NCBI GenBank assembly: GCA_964016885.1
Contig: OZ024740.1
Span: 58,156,001 to 58,220,000 of the forward strand
Length of the DNA stretch: 64,000 nucleotides
Direction: 5' to 3'
Source of the DNA: Eledone cirrhosa
Lineage: Eukaryota
The position numbers and the translations under genes were made by a program. This document shows, piece by piece, positions 1 to 12,969 of the stretch. The notes beneath the pieces were generated by a model. That model was not told the DNA's origin. It searched no databases and saw nothing but the letters and a program-made list of their open reading frames with translations. How positions within the stretch are numbered: the stretch's first letter is position 1; each line of letters opens with the position of its first letter.

Positions 1-299
1 AAGAATAAAACTTGCTGGCATTGAAGAAGATTTTGGAAGTCGTTATGCAAGGATATTTTTAACCAAATTAAATTTTCTAAATCAAATTCTTAAAATTTCA
101 ATTGTGCCTTAAAATAATTGCTGTGCTGCTTTTAAAATCAAATATATTTTAAGGCAAAATGTTTCTCCAAATACTGTCTCTTGTACAAGGTTTATTACTC
201 TACTTGTTTGAGGATAGGCATCTAACTGTTATTCATTTATCCCTACAGTGCATGTTTCTATATTTTGGAAACTATCACACCATGCTACATTGGAAAAAT

Positions 300-720
300 G
301 CATGAAAAGTACAACCATGATCATAATTTTTATGTTTGTTTGTCCATGTGTACTTGGGTTGCAAGGATCCTTTCCAAATCAGCATCTCATCATTTATTGC
401 ACTCATCATCATCCTGAGGTCAGCTTTCACAACTTCTATCCATATCTTCCCTGGTATTCTACTGTTTCCTTCCACTTGAAATTCTTGGCACTGTTTTTAC
501 CCAACTGTCATCATCCATACACAGAGCCTATGAGAGTGGGGTCTAGCCAGTACTTTGTTCTGGTGCCCAAGAGATAAGAAGGCTCCACAGCAACCATGCA
601 ACATCCATTTTGAGAAAAAATCTTTGACTGCTTTAGACCCCAAAGAAGTCTTGCAGACCCTGTCCATACACATTACATGTCTGTAGCAGTGCAGTCTTTT
701 CTCTTGCTTGCAGCATCTGA
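300..720 (-). pseudogene. Highly decayed 3' fragment of an RTE LINE ORF
   Basis: Minus-strand translations MDDDSWVK and EGNSRIPGKIWIEVVKADL resemble MKDDSCIK...[21 protein letters not shown] at the C-terminus of the intact RTE ORF in this window. Frameshifted; boundaries approximate. Confidence 0.55.
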
Positions 721-2511
721 CATTATTTATACCCACTTGTGAATATTTTAAAGCTCTTATTCATTGTTATTCACAGTTTTAAAATATTTACTGGTGGTAA
801 ACATTTGAAATTTGTCTTGTATTTCCTGTATGAATTTAAATTCTATATTTGTTCTGCTATACTAAATGATATGTAAAATCTGTTGATTGGTAAATTGTAT
901 TCTACTGTTACTGTTATATATTTATATATATATGGTATATATTTATATATATATGGTCTATTTTGTAGGGTGTAATGCTGCCTTCAAATGTTATGGAAAT
1001 TAACAGTATCCTTTATATATATATATATATATATATAAAAACATTTAGAAGTTTAATTATATGAACTTGGAAGACATGGAGGAATAATTACCAGTTCAAG
1101 AAAAAAAAATAGTATAGAACATTCATAGAAAATAGTCTTTTTATCTTTAATATATTCTGTTTTATAACCAACAACTTTTCAATATCCTCTGATATTATCA
1201 TCAAGCCACAGATTTCAAGTAGAGAAGTACAGTTAAATGAAGGAACTTTAACTGGTGCTTATCATATTGATTTTACTTTAACATAGAAAATAGTAGAGAA
1301 ATGACACTCAGTATTCAACCTATGCTGTTTCCATCCAAACTATATTTAATGAAGCCAAAATATCTTGCATAATGTTTGAAAGCCTAATTCATCCAAAGAG
1401 GTAGCAAAAGACAACATCACAATCTTCTGATTTCAAGGTGGTAAGCTCTTCAGCTGGAATAGAGTAGCTTGGGGAGTTCAACATCAGATCCAGGCCAATG
1501 ATTGCAAGCTGACTAAGCACCAACCATTCTCGGAGTTTATTGTTGAACCTACTTCAGTTGAAATATCTGGCACTATAGGTCTCCAAACTACCTCCCTACT
1601 TACAGTGATTGGGAGGAAGATGGCCATACATAAAAAGAAGCCCCATGGGCTAGAGTGCCTTTTTTAGCACATCTCCCTTGTCATTCTCTGGAGTAAGGCC
1701 ATTCTACCAAAATGATGTAGGCGCACCTATCAGTTGTATAAAATACAGTGTGATATTGTTGATATAGACTTTTTCTTCTCATACTGTTTAAATATTTATT
1801 ATTTGATCATTGAAATATGGCTAGTGTTTTGGGGAGATATTATTGAATCAAATGCTTGATTGAATAAGAAGCAACTACTACAATACCTTATGTGAATGAG
1901 TTGTATCTAACCACATGCTTATTTATATTTTAATAGTCTCCTACTACTTTTACTTAGGATTTTTGGAAGTATGTTGATCCCCGTCAAGTATCTTATTTTC
2001 ATGATGACACTAAGTACATATATAACCCTCTTTATTTATCTGTCGAATAACAATTGCCTTTTTGTATTTTCATTTTATGTTTATAATATTTTGTCTTATG
2101 AAATGAATTATTAAAATGAACCTTAAAGCATTTAAAGCACAAAAATTAAAAGAAACCAAATTCCAGTCATGTTTTTGTTTTATCAAATTAGAATTACTTG
2201 AAATGTTTAAAATTCATATTTATCCTTAATAAATCTTTATACATATATACTCATGCCCGATTTATTTTAGTGGTAGAGAAGGATGCTACATTTCAACATT
2301 TGCTAAATTATGGAATTAGTGAAGAATTCTCCTACATAATTATAACTGTAAGTACTAAAAAATACTGAATAAATGTAAATTTTAACGTAGTCAAGTCCAA
2401 AGAAATCACATGGAACTGCAAGTTAAATAAACTAATAGAGCAACAGTATATATTTTAGAAAATGAATTCTATTGTGTAGACAAGTAGTTTGAGAATTTAG
2501 GCACCCTGTGT

Positions 2512-2575
2512 TATCATCATCATCACCATTACCATCAATTCACATCTATTTTTCCATGCTAACATGGATCTGGTG
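2512..2575 (-). mobile_element. Decayed RTE/SINE 3' tail
   Basis: (CAT)n followed by TTCCATGCTAACATGGA, matching the reverse complement of the RTE 3' terminal stem-loop (TTCCACGCTAGCATGGG). Confidence 0.45.
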
Positions 2576-3936
2576 TCGATTTTCATTCAATCAGAAGCAG
2601 GAGGGTAACAGATTGGAAGAATTACATGGTAGGTTAAATAATAAGAAATGGCTTGTTTGATAGAAAAAGGGAGAGTTAACAGGGATCTTCACTTGAATAT
2701 TAAGATTCCAAATACTAGCTATATTCAACCACTAAGTATTAGGTGTGTAACTTTAAACCAACACTTTAAAAATTTAAATTAGGATAATATGCATGTATGT
2801 ATGTATGCATATATGCACATGCATGTATGCATACATATATATTATCCTCATTTAAATGTTTAAATCATTGCTTTAAAGTTACACACCTAATACTTTATGG
2901 TTATATATATGTATATATATATATGGCTGTACATCGCGGAAATGAATCTGTATCATTTGTCTATTATTTCTTCATAAGTACATTTTAAACTTATAGCCTC
3001 GTTTAAATGATTTTTGTGTGGTTAATTTATGCTGATTGGGAGAGGAAATACTGTATATATTTTATCTAATGATTCTTTGGACTTACATTTTTATATATTG
3101 CTCTGATTAATAATTATTTAATTAATTCTTCATTGAGCCACACCGTGAATGGTTGCCAAACACATATATGTATCTATGACTTAGTCTAATTTATATATAT
3201 ATACCTTTTGAATTTATATATATATATATATATATACATATAAATTCATGTGTGTATATATATATATACACACATGAAAGCATGGAAAAGCAGACATAAA
3301 AACGATAATTTTATACACACACACACACACATACACACATAAAAAAATACTCACATTTAAGTGAAGACACTACACTTAAGAAGCTAATATGCATCAGTAG
3401 CATAGGAGACAGCTGAGCAAAGGAAAGTATCATGGAGCACATTTTCAAAAGTAAAACTTGTTTGGTTACAATCTCTTTGTTGAACTGTTAAGTTATAGGA
3501 CATAAGCACAAACACAAATGTAAACATAGACATGGATACACATGTATATTCATACAATATGAATATATATATGTATGTATGTATGAGTATATATACGTGT
3601 AAAAATATATATATATGTCTATGTATGTGTATATTTATATATAGTTCTTTATCCTGTCATGGCAGACAGTTCTCCATTTCCCAACTCCATGGTCAGGATT
3701 TAGGGCTTCAAAAGAAGTAAAAAAATACAGCAGCCATATTTATAAGAAGAATTTATTGTAAGTAGAATTTGGTATGCAGAAAGTGTGCAGAAGCCTGATT
3801 CAGTAATTTAGTGGTTTGTAATGTAGACATTGATATGCATAAAAACCCTTGAAGAGGTGCTTCAGTATGGCAACAATCCATTTACTAAAACCATTAAAAA
3901 AAAGAATAAAAAAAAAAAAAGAATATGTATATGTAC

Positions 3937-4200
3937 ATCATCATCATTTAATGTCCATCTTCCATGCTAGCATGGGTTAGATGGGTTTGTACCATTAAAG
4001 GCAAGTTGGATCGGGTGACCACGTCTCGCTCATATAGGACTGTTTCTGGTTACAGTGTGTGCTGGGTGCTCTTTGCCGTGTCTCCAACACAACCATTTTA
4101 CTGTGTGGGCTGAGTGCTTTTTGTTGTGACACCTACACGACCTCTTTACAGTGTGGGCTGGGGGCTTTTTGCTATGTCACCATCACGACCACTTTACAGT
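3937..4200 (-). mobile_element. Decayed RTE 3' UTR
   Basis: (CAT)n-TTTAATGTCC-TTCCATGCTAGCATGGGTTAGA followed by repeated TTTACAGTGTGGGCTGGGTGCTTTT-like blocks, as in the RTE 3' UTRs at 15531-15832 and 34118-34500. Confidence 0.7.
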
Positions 4201-6129
4201 ATAATATAATTATATTATATGAAATGCAGCCCTTCAAATACAAATGTGTGAAAGCACATACATATATATATGCGTCACTGTGAAAAATAAACAAGTGTAA
4301 ACGCACTTTAGGAATTCTTACCACACTCAGAAGACAAATAACCTTGTTTCCACCCACAAAGAAAATTTACATCAAATGCTATTTGTGCTTAACTGAAAAG
4401 ACCAGTCTAATTTGCATAACATGCATTTGCTTGGCAACATAAGTAGATATCATCATTTCCTGTCCACTTTCCATGCTGGAATGTGTTAATGTCTTGAACA
4501 GGTTGCCACTATCTGACACCAAACGGATTGGGACATCTACCTTGTTTATACCTTCCATATTGGGCATGATTTCAATGGTTGGAAGCCCTTCCAAATGCCA
4601 AACATATCCCACTTTATAAAATTTATCCTGTCCACCATACTAAATAAATCTCTACAAAGGCTGAAATATTATGTACAACAAACCATATATGCTAAATTTA
4701 GTGGGAAATGTTTCAATACATATGTATTAAAAAAATAGGCACTCAAATAGTAACAATATAGAGTTGAGAGAACTCATCAATCATGCTGAAGTTGTAACAA
4801 ACTCTCCAGTGTTGGTACTTTAAAAAAAGAAGCCAGTACACTCTATAAAGAGGTTAGTGTTAGGAAGGGAATTTGGTCATAGAAATTATGTCAAAAGAGT
4901 AGAGAGGACTCTTCAGTTGCAACAAGGACAAGACCAGCTCTCTAGTGCTGATGCCACAATAAAATGCACCTAGTTAACTCTGTAAAGTGGTTGCCTCTAG
5001 CTGTAGAAACCGTTACAAAATGGAATGTATCTGAGTGAGACTGAGTTTGTCTAGGAGAGTAGATCCAATTAAAAAGTAACTTGTTCTGTAATGACCTGCT
5101 TAACTCGTGCCAACATTGATGTGAAAAAATAATGATATATAAATGAGACAAATGTTTGTGTATCTTAACTTTCAATTATCCAAAAACATGAGGAGAAATA
5201 GAATGTGTAAGATAAGCGAAATGGAGTGTTACACAAATTCTAAAACCTGAAATCTGATAAAAAATATAAAAACGATGACAATGCAACTTTTGTTACCAAA
5301 CTAAACAAAAAATATTACGAAACATTTAAGTCTAAAAATCATAAATAAATAAAAATTTAAATGTAGAAACTATAAATAAAATTTTAAATTTTTTATGGCA
5401 GTCCAGATTTAGCCAGAGCAGACACAAGACCAATTTTCAAATAGTTTACTAGGGTTGCTAGGTAACAGAAAAAATAGAAAGATTTTAAAAGAAGAAGATT
5501 GCAATATATGAAGCAGAAGGAGACTTTGGAAGACAATAATTAACAATGATTCCCACTAACTTACACAACAAAAGACATAAAAGCATAGAACAATAACAAC
5601 ATGACATGATAAATGAACATCAAAACAAGCTACTAAGGTCCAAAAAAACACTTTACACGGTCTAGATATGTCGTTGTGATGAAAATTAATTCAATAGATT
5701 AAAAAATCATTTTAATATCAAAGAAAGTTCAACCTAAATTTTGAATCACTTGCATCCATGATATCCTAATGTCATTTATTAGTTTAAAGAAAACATTGAA
5801 ATCAATAAACTATAAACATATCAGAATTTCAGATCTTTAGTGCATCATAATATTAATTTCAAATAATGCAAATACCATCGCAAAAAATTAACATAAACAA
5901 GAAGGAAAAACAATTAACAATATTAAAAATTGAAATCAGGTAGGTAAGGTAGAAAATTATAAACATTTCGTAAACAATACATATTTCACGACTACATAAT
6001 TACTGCTTTAATCTAGCTGTATGTTTGTGAGAGGGTACAGTATACAGATTAGGTCACAAAAACACAAGCATACATATATGTATTAAAATTAAGTGATTTG
6101 GAGGCAAAAACATACACAAAAACATATAC

Positions 6130-6282
6130 GATTGACTTTCACAGCTCCCATCAACCAAATTCACTAATAAGGCACCACCAAGCCAGAGGCTATAACAATA
6201 GACACTTGTCTAAGATACCATGCTACAGGACCAAATATGGAGCAACATGCTTTAGAAGCAAACTTCTAAACTATACAGCCAG
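6130..6282 (-). mobile_element. Decayed tRNA-derived SINE head/body
   Basis: CTTTCACAG...ACCAAATTCAC...GAGGCTATA...AGACACTTG...AAGCAAACTTCTAAACTATACAGCC resembles, from memory, the reverse complement of octopus tRNA-derived SINEs. Not verified by search. Confidence 0.45.
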
Positions 6283-6347
6283 GACTATATCATCCCCCAG
6301 CCCATTATACTTGATGTTTAGTGCAACTGCCAATATATATATATATA

Positions 6348-6563
6348 TCATTGTCATCATCATCATCATCATACATCCATTCTTCCACACAAGCATGGGT
6401 TAGACGGGTTGTCCTGTTGTGGGTAGTGCCATACGGGAACTGATTCTGGCTTGATATCTACAGCTGGATGCCCATTTACAGAGAGTGCCAGACAGTCCCA
6501 TACGAGCGAGACGACCAATCTTGCCGTCTAAGGAAGATAGACATTAAACGATGATGATGATGA
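6348..6563. mobile_element. Two RTE 3' ends joined back-to-back
   Basis: The left part is a minus-strand RTE-A-type 3' end with (CAT)n. The right part is a plus-strand RTE-B-like 3' end (GCCAGACAGTCCCATACGAGC...CATTAAACGATGATGATG). Confidence 0.6.
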
Positions 6564-6565
6564 TA

Positions 6566-6600
<35 letters not shown>

Positions 6601-6606
<6 letters not shown>

Positions 6607-7008
6607 TATTAAAAAAATAATGAATAAACAAAGAAACAGTTCCTTATATTAAACCAAACAAAATTCATTATTTTACGATCGTTTCTAGGATATATATGTG
6701 TTAGAATTGGTATGCATATTCTATAGATCTATGTACAATATTTATACAAACTATCAGAAGGAATATACATACCTTCACATATATATGCTGTCTTCAGAAA
6801 TAATCTAATTTCTGAAGACAGCATATATATGTGAAGGTATGTATATTCCCTCTGATAGTTTGTATAAATATTGTACATAGATCTATAGAATATGCATACC
6901 AATTCTAACACATATATATCCTAGAAACGATCGTAAAATAATGAATTTTGTTTGGTTTAATATAAGGAACTGTTTCTTTGTTTATTCATTATTTTTTTAA
7001 TAATTTAT
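6601..7008. repeat. ~200-bp-arm palindrome, PLE-type fold-back, with a hammerhead motif in each arm
   Basis: Arms 6601-6801 and 6808-7008 are reverse complements (one mismatch seen) around a 6-nt loop AATCTA. Confidence 0.95.
6808..6939 (+). ncRNA. Type-I hammerhead motif with ~105-nt stem II (mirror copy on - strand at 6670-6801)
   Basis: ATTT-CTGAAGA-[long hairpin: ATATATATGTG/CACATATATAT, GGTATGTATATTC/GAATATGCATACC]-GAAA-CGATCG-TA-AAAT. Confidence 0.65.
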
Positions 7009-7157
7009 CTTGACTCTGTTTTCCGTTTATTTTTCACCGAAAGTAGTTTTTGAATGCATCTTCTCTTTTCATGATATCCGGATTACATTGAGTTCTTCAT
7101 ACGGATTGGACACTGCCGTAAACTTTTGGTAGATTTATCTACATATATATATATATA

Positions 7158-7271
7158 GTTGAAAAAAAAATGAAAACGAAATTTCATTTCTCACTCTTAG
7201 TATGGCACTTACTTAAATGTAAGTATGTATGTATACGTACATACATATATGTATACAGACGTACAGTAGCA

Positions 7272-7316
<45 letters not shown>

Positions 7317-7846
7317 GCATACAGGTACACATACATATATGCACGCATCAGTTTAGCCGACGTTTATTATAACGCAGCTTTGTTCGCTTGTTTGTCAACA
7401 AATCGAACAGCCTGAATTTATGCCATACGGTGTTAAGGCAACCACGTCACCTTTTTGTTCAACACTGACACAGGAACGATGTACTAGTTTCAAGCTTGTT
7501 AGCTATCATCAGCACCGTTTACCCATCTGCCAGATAGTTGAGCGTTCGAAAGTATATACTTTCCTTATGAAAATTAACGGCTGAGCAGCCTAATTTGCAT
7601 ATTGAGTGAGTTAAATCGGTCAGGCATACCGAAAACGACAAGTTGAAAAAAAATGAAAACGAAATTTCATTTCTCACTCTTAGTATGGCACTTACTTAAA
7701 TGTAAGTATGTATGTATACGTACATACATATATGTATACAGATGTACAGTAGCATGCATATATATATATATCGGCTAAACTGATGCGTGCATATATGTAT
7801 GTGTACCTGTATGCATTTCATTTTTTTTCAACTTGTCGTTTTCGGT
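7158..7846 (-). mobile_element. Retrozyme-like repeat family R1 (484-bp period, ~1.3 units) with 5' inverted piece
   Basis: Sequence from 7158 restarts at 7642. Hammerhead at 7475-7519 (-). 7771-7846 is reverse-complementary to 7315-7360 and 7627-7657. Confidence 0.75.
7475..7519 (-). ncRNA. Type-I hammerhead ribozyme (R1)
   Basis: AACGGTG-CTGATGA-T-AGCT-AACA-AGCT-T-GAAA-CTAG-TA-CATCGTT: 7-bp stem I, palindromic stem III, GUA site. Confidence 0.8.
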
Positions 7847-8229
7847 ACACAGGACCACTTCATGGCACAGGCCGTTTTTTCTTTGGGGAGTGGTCAATTA
7901 GCCATAGTGCTTTTTTGAAATAAATAAATAAGTAAATATATAAATATATAAATGAATAAATAGATAAATGAATAAATAAATAAATAAATAAATAAAAAAA
8001 AAAAATAAATAAATAAAAAAAAAAAATAAAAACCCCAAGAATAGTAATTCAACAAATATATAGTAGGGAAATTTTTTAGGTGGGTTGGTAATAGAAATTA
8101 AACATTTAACAAGACTGAATCATGGCGCAGACTGGGGTGAGTGGTCAAGTTAACATACAAGCCACAGGTGGCCAGAGTGTTTTTGTAGAATGGAAAGAAT
8201 AAAATATATTAACATATTCACAACCACAT

Positions 8230-8292
8230 ACAAAAACACTTACACACACATATATATACTTATATATATATATATGTGCACACCTACACATT

Positions 8293-8344
<52 letters not shown>

Positions 8345-8705
8345 TGTGTGTGCGTATACACATATACACACACACATACATACATACACATATATACATA
8401 TATACACAAGAAAAACACAAACACACAAATATACACACACGCACGCATACACATACACACACATATATATATCTACACATACACACGTGCGCATACACAT
8501 ACATATATATATATATATATATGTATACACATATATATATACACACCTACATGTACGTATGTCTCTCAGTATAAACTATACTATACATACACATACATAC
8601 ATATGCACACACACACATACATACACATACATACACACACACACAAACACATACATTCACACATATATATACATATATACACATACACACACACACACAT
8701 ATATA
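8230..8705. repeat. Compound (TA)n/(CA)n/(TACA)n microsatellite
   Basis: Direct reading. Confidence 0.95.
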
Positions 8706-9954
8706 ATCTCATATGTATGTTAATAAGCACCCCTGTTTGGCACAGCGGATGTAACCCATCCACGCTCGCCTACCCACCATTGGTGCATTGGTGGGTCTAT
8801 CCCGACGTGTATCTTGCGGATCTGTACCTCTGTATGCGCATGAGTTATGATGTAATGTATCTATGTAGAGCGTGTACTGTGATATAGGCTGCACAAATAG
8901 AAATTTAGCCTGTAACTGTGGGCGGACCTGTGCCATCTCGCCGTAAGCAGTAGATACGTGGCACATGTACGTGTTGCCCTCCTATTCTGTGGTTTAAGAT
9001 CTACAGGCTGACTTCTGGGAGCTCTTGCCCGGGGTTGTAGTCTTTCTAGCACGATTGGCCTTCCATATATTGACGGTCGTTGTTATTATCCCGAAAGTAA
9101 CGTTTTGGCCCCGATAGCCCTCCATAGTTACTAACGGTCTGTGTACACTTGAATCGGGCAATGGCACGTGCGGACATGATTATCTCCGTAGGATTTCAAT
9201 TTGATTTATTTTACTGCATCTCATCGTATGTATTTATTTTGAATGTATTATCCGTGGTGGTGGGTCTTGCCTAATGTGGTATTTCTGTGTTTAATATCAG
9301 CTTTGACCCGGGTGTCCTACGCTGTGTGTGTGGGCGTGTGTGTCTGTGTATACATTTATATGTGTATGGGTGTAGGTGGTTGTATATGTCTGTATATAAA
9401 AATATATATATATGTATACCGTCTCTGCATATGCATGTGGTGTGTATATGTGCATATACGTGCTGAACATATTGGTGTGTATAATCTTGAGATGTCCCAG
9501 TGCGGTGACTTCATGATATTGGCTCTTGAAGCTATTTTTTATATATCTTTTATTTTTTATATATCTTTTGTATGCGCTGTTGAGTATGCATATTAACCCG
9601 CCTGACCCAACTGTATCTGCTTGCTTTCGGCTAGCCCGCCTGCACCTGCTTGCTTTCGGCCCACCTGTCTGCCTCTTGCTGCTGCACGTGAATTCTCCTA
9701 CCTTCCTTCGATGTACCTCTGTTGACCATTGGACTCCTGCCCGGGTGTGAAGCGGTTTGTGATTACCCCACCGCTCAACTGTGTGAATGCACACCCGTGA
9801 CTTTCGAGTGAACTTTTGAGACTGCCCAACCTGGGACGTCTCCATTGCATTGCAATGGTCAAGTGATACTGATAACTGTGACACTTAGTGCCTTCGTGGG
9901 CCCCTGATATATTCAAGAAATATATTCTAAAATAATATATATCTTATCTCAATT

Positions 9955-10190
9955 TACTTTATTTTATTTTATTTTATTTTATTTCATTTCATTTTATTTA
10001 ATTTTATTTATTTAATTTTATTTATTTAATTATATCTTATATTATATTATTTTATTTTAGTTTATTTTATTTTTTATTTTATTTTATTTTATTTTATTTT
10101 ATCTTATTTTATTATTATATTATATTATATTCTATTTTATATAATTTTAATTTTAATTTTATATTATTTTATTCTATTTTATTTCATTCC
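9955..10190. repeat. (ATTTT)n / (ATATT)n low-complexity tract
   Basis: Direct reading. Confidence 0.9.
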
Positions 10191-10578
10191 TTACCCTGTA
10201 TCACTATTATCTGTATATTTTATATTTTATATATATGTTTTTTTATATTTTCTTATATATATTATAAGTCTATTTTTTACCTATTTTTCACCTATTTTTT
10301 ATCTACTCTTACCTAATCCTATCTATCTTATCTATTCTTGTCTGTTCTCTTATCCATGTGTATGCTTGTATGTAACTATATGTTGACAGCACCCCGCCCA
10401 ACTGTGACTGATAGCACCCCTTATTTTTCAATTATTTTTCATTGTTTATTTTTCAATGTTTATTTTTATTTTTATTTTTATTTTTACTTCCTCAATATCT
10501 TTTATCTTTTATTATTTTTCATTCTTTATTTCTTCAATGTCTTGGATTTGTTATTGCTTGTGTGGTATGTAATTAACC

Positions 10579-10634
10579 TTTATGCTCTGATGAGTCCCAC
10601 TTATAGTGCGGATGAAACAATGTTAGCAAGTAAA
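10579..10634 (+). ncRNA. Minimal type-I hammerhead ribozyme
   Basis: TTTATGCT-CTGATGA-GTCC-CACTTATAGTGC-GGAT-GAAA-CAATG-TT-AGCA(AG)TAAA. Confidence 0.7.
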
Positions 10635-10780
10635 GATATGCATATGCTATAGGTGTTCTTTGTTATTGATTATATCACGGCTCTGTCCTCAGACATCGAG
10701 CTAACCTTATACTGCCTGTTGGATAAGTGGAGTATTATACTATTATACACCCCTGATCCTCTCCCTAGTATACTATATAA

Positions 10781-10810
<30 letters not shown>

Positions 10811-10812
<2 letters not shown>

Positions 10813-11231
10813 TTCGTTTCTGAATTTGTTTAGCAAGATTCTTTATCTGAAATCGTGTGTTGAAACCGATATTGTTATACTTTGGGAGGGTCATGCTGCC
10901 AATAAGAAACACACGCACCTGTTGCTTTCACTTCAATTTATTATAATAAATTTATAATAAATTTATAAATTTATAAATTTCTGGTTGGTTGGTTGGTTCC
11001 ACAACCAGATAGTTGTTTATACATAGTCATAGTTCTTTCGTCACACATTCTGTGACCTCTTCAGTGACTGGGGATTCCTTTCTTTGTTCTGTCCTACGCC
11101 ATTTTGTTTCTGTGTGTGTGTTGTGTGCTCAGTCTGTGCATGCGCCACATCCGGGTGTCTGTGTGTTTATGTTCATTTGAAAGCTGCTGGTGCGTGTGTT
11201 TCCTATTGGCAACATGACCCTCCCAAAGTAT

Positions 11232-11238
<7 letters not shown>
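10811..11238 (-). mobile_element. PLE family A pseudo-LTR plus ORF start, with short 5' inverted duplication
   Basis: Reverse complement of 12230-12566, continuing into [27 protein letters not shown] (homologous to the PLE-B N-terminus). HHR at 11025-11069. 11184-11238 is an inverted copy of 10870-10920. Confidence 0.85.
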
Positions 11239-11318
<80 letters not shown>

Positions 11319-11604
11319 CACACACATACACATATACAAGCACACACGCATACATACACATACATACATACATACAAATAAGTACACATAAACGCATATG
11401 CAAAAACAAGCACTCGTTCGCACTCATACATGTGTATAATATAATGGTAGTGGGACAAATTTTAAATTTTAAATTTTAAACTGGGCCTGATAGAGGATTA
11501 AAATAATTAATATCACTACTAAGTTATTAATATTATCATCAAGTAATTAATTACGATTTATTATTTACTATTTACCATTCACTATTCGTTACTTATCTTT
11601 TATC

Positions 11605-12129
11605 TATACAACCCCTAGAGGCGAACTAGCCTACAAGTTTAGAAGGGCCCTAAATAAACATAATCTCAATATTAAGATAGTAGAAAGACCAGGTACCTCC
11701 GTAAAAACACTTATTAGCAAGACATACCCGTTCCAAAGACCCTCATGTATAGATAAGAAATGTATAACCTGTAAAATAAGCCCCCATATTAACTGTAAAA
11801 CTAGAAATGTAGTGTATAGCATAAGATGTACAGAAGGACAATGTAGAAACAAAAATATAGTGTACATAGGTGAGACAGCTCGTAGTATAGGGGAACGAAT
11901 AAATGAACACTGGCGAGACCTCCAAGATAATAAAGAATCATCTGTGCTCTACCAACGTGCTAAGATAGAACACAGAGGTAGACTAGAGAACATAGAAATA
12001 AAAATAGAATCCACACACAGAAAAGACGCAATGTTTAGGCAAATTACAGAGGCAGTAAGCATAAAAGAATTAAAACCAAAATTAAATAGAAAATATGAGT
12101 GGAACAGCAACATCACAACTTACAATTAA
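11605..12129 (+). pseudogene. 5'-truncated PLE family A ORF: Cys-rich linker and GIY-YIG endonuclease
   Basis: Open frame ...KTLISKTYPFQRPSCIDKKCITC...CKTRNVVYSIRC...IVYIGETARSIGERINEH...RQITEAVSI...LNRKYEW*, with GIY-YIG motifs VVY/YIG and conserved R, E, N. Confidence 0.9.
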
Positions 12130-12356
12130 GGACAAAATGAAAACACACACAGGACAAAATGAAAACACACACACACATAGAACAAACAACCAACCAACAA
12201 TAAATAAATAAATAAACAAATAGATAAATGAACACAAACACACACAGACACCCGGATGTGGCGTATGCGCAAACTGAGCACACAACACACACACAGAAAC
12301 AAAATGGCGTAGGATAGAAGAAAGGAAAGGCACAGAAACAAAGGAAAGGAATACCC

Positions 12357-12401
12357 AGTCACTGAAGAGGTCACAGAGTGTGTGACGAAAGGACTATGAC
12401 T
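12357..12401 (+). ncRNA. Hammerhead motif in PLE-A pseudo-LTR (second copy 11025-11069, -)
   Basis: AGTCA-CTGAAGAG-GTCACA-GAGTG-TGTGAC-GAAA-GGAC-TA-TGACT. Confidence 0.75.
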
Positions 12402-12588
12402 ATATATAAACAACTATCTGGTTGTGGAACCAACCAACCAACCAGAAATTTATAAGTTTGTAGATTTGTAAATTTATAAATTTATAAATATATAATAAAC
12501 TGAAGTGAAAGCAACTGGTGCGTGTGTTTCTTATTGGCAACATGACCCTCCCAAAGTATAACAATATGTATATATATGTATATATATG

Positions 12589-12669
<81 letters not shown>

Positions 12670-12969
12670 GTATATATATGTATATATATATATATGTATA
12701 TATATGTATATATATATATATGTATGTATATATATATGTATATATATATGTATATATATATGTATATATATATGTATATATATATATATGTATATATATA
12801 TGTATATATATATGTATATATATATGTATATATATATGTATATATATATGTATATATATATATATATGTATATATATATGTATATATATATGTATATATA
12901 TATGTATATATATATGTATATATATATGTATATATATATATATGTATATATATATGTATATATATATAA

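Noticed and set aside
248-577. 109-aa + strand ORF after a CAG acceptor-like site; possible host exon
   Set aside because: No recognisable domain, and the opposite strand is better explained as decayed RTE.
7860-8185. Two short similar GC-richer motifs (CATGGC.CAG...GGGG(T)GAGTGGTCAA) resembling a Pol III A-box
   Set aside because: No B-box or tRNA fold found; too short to call.
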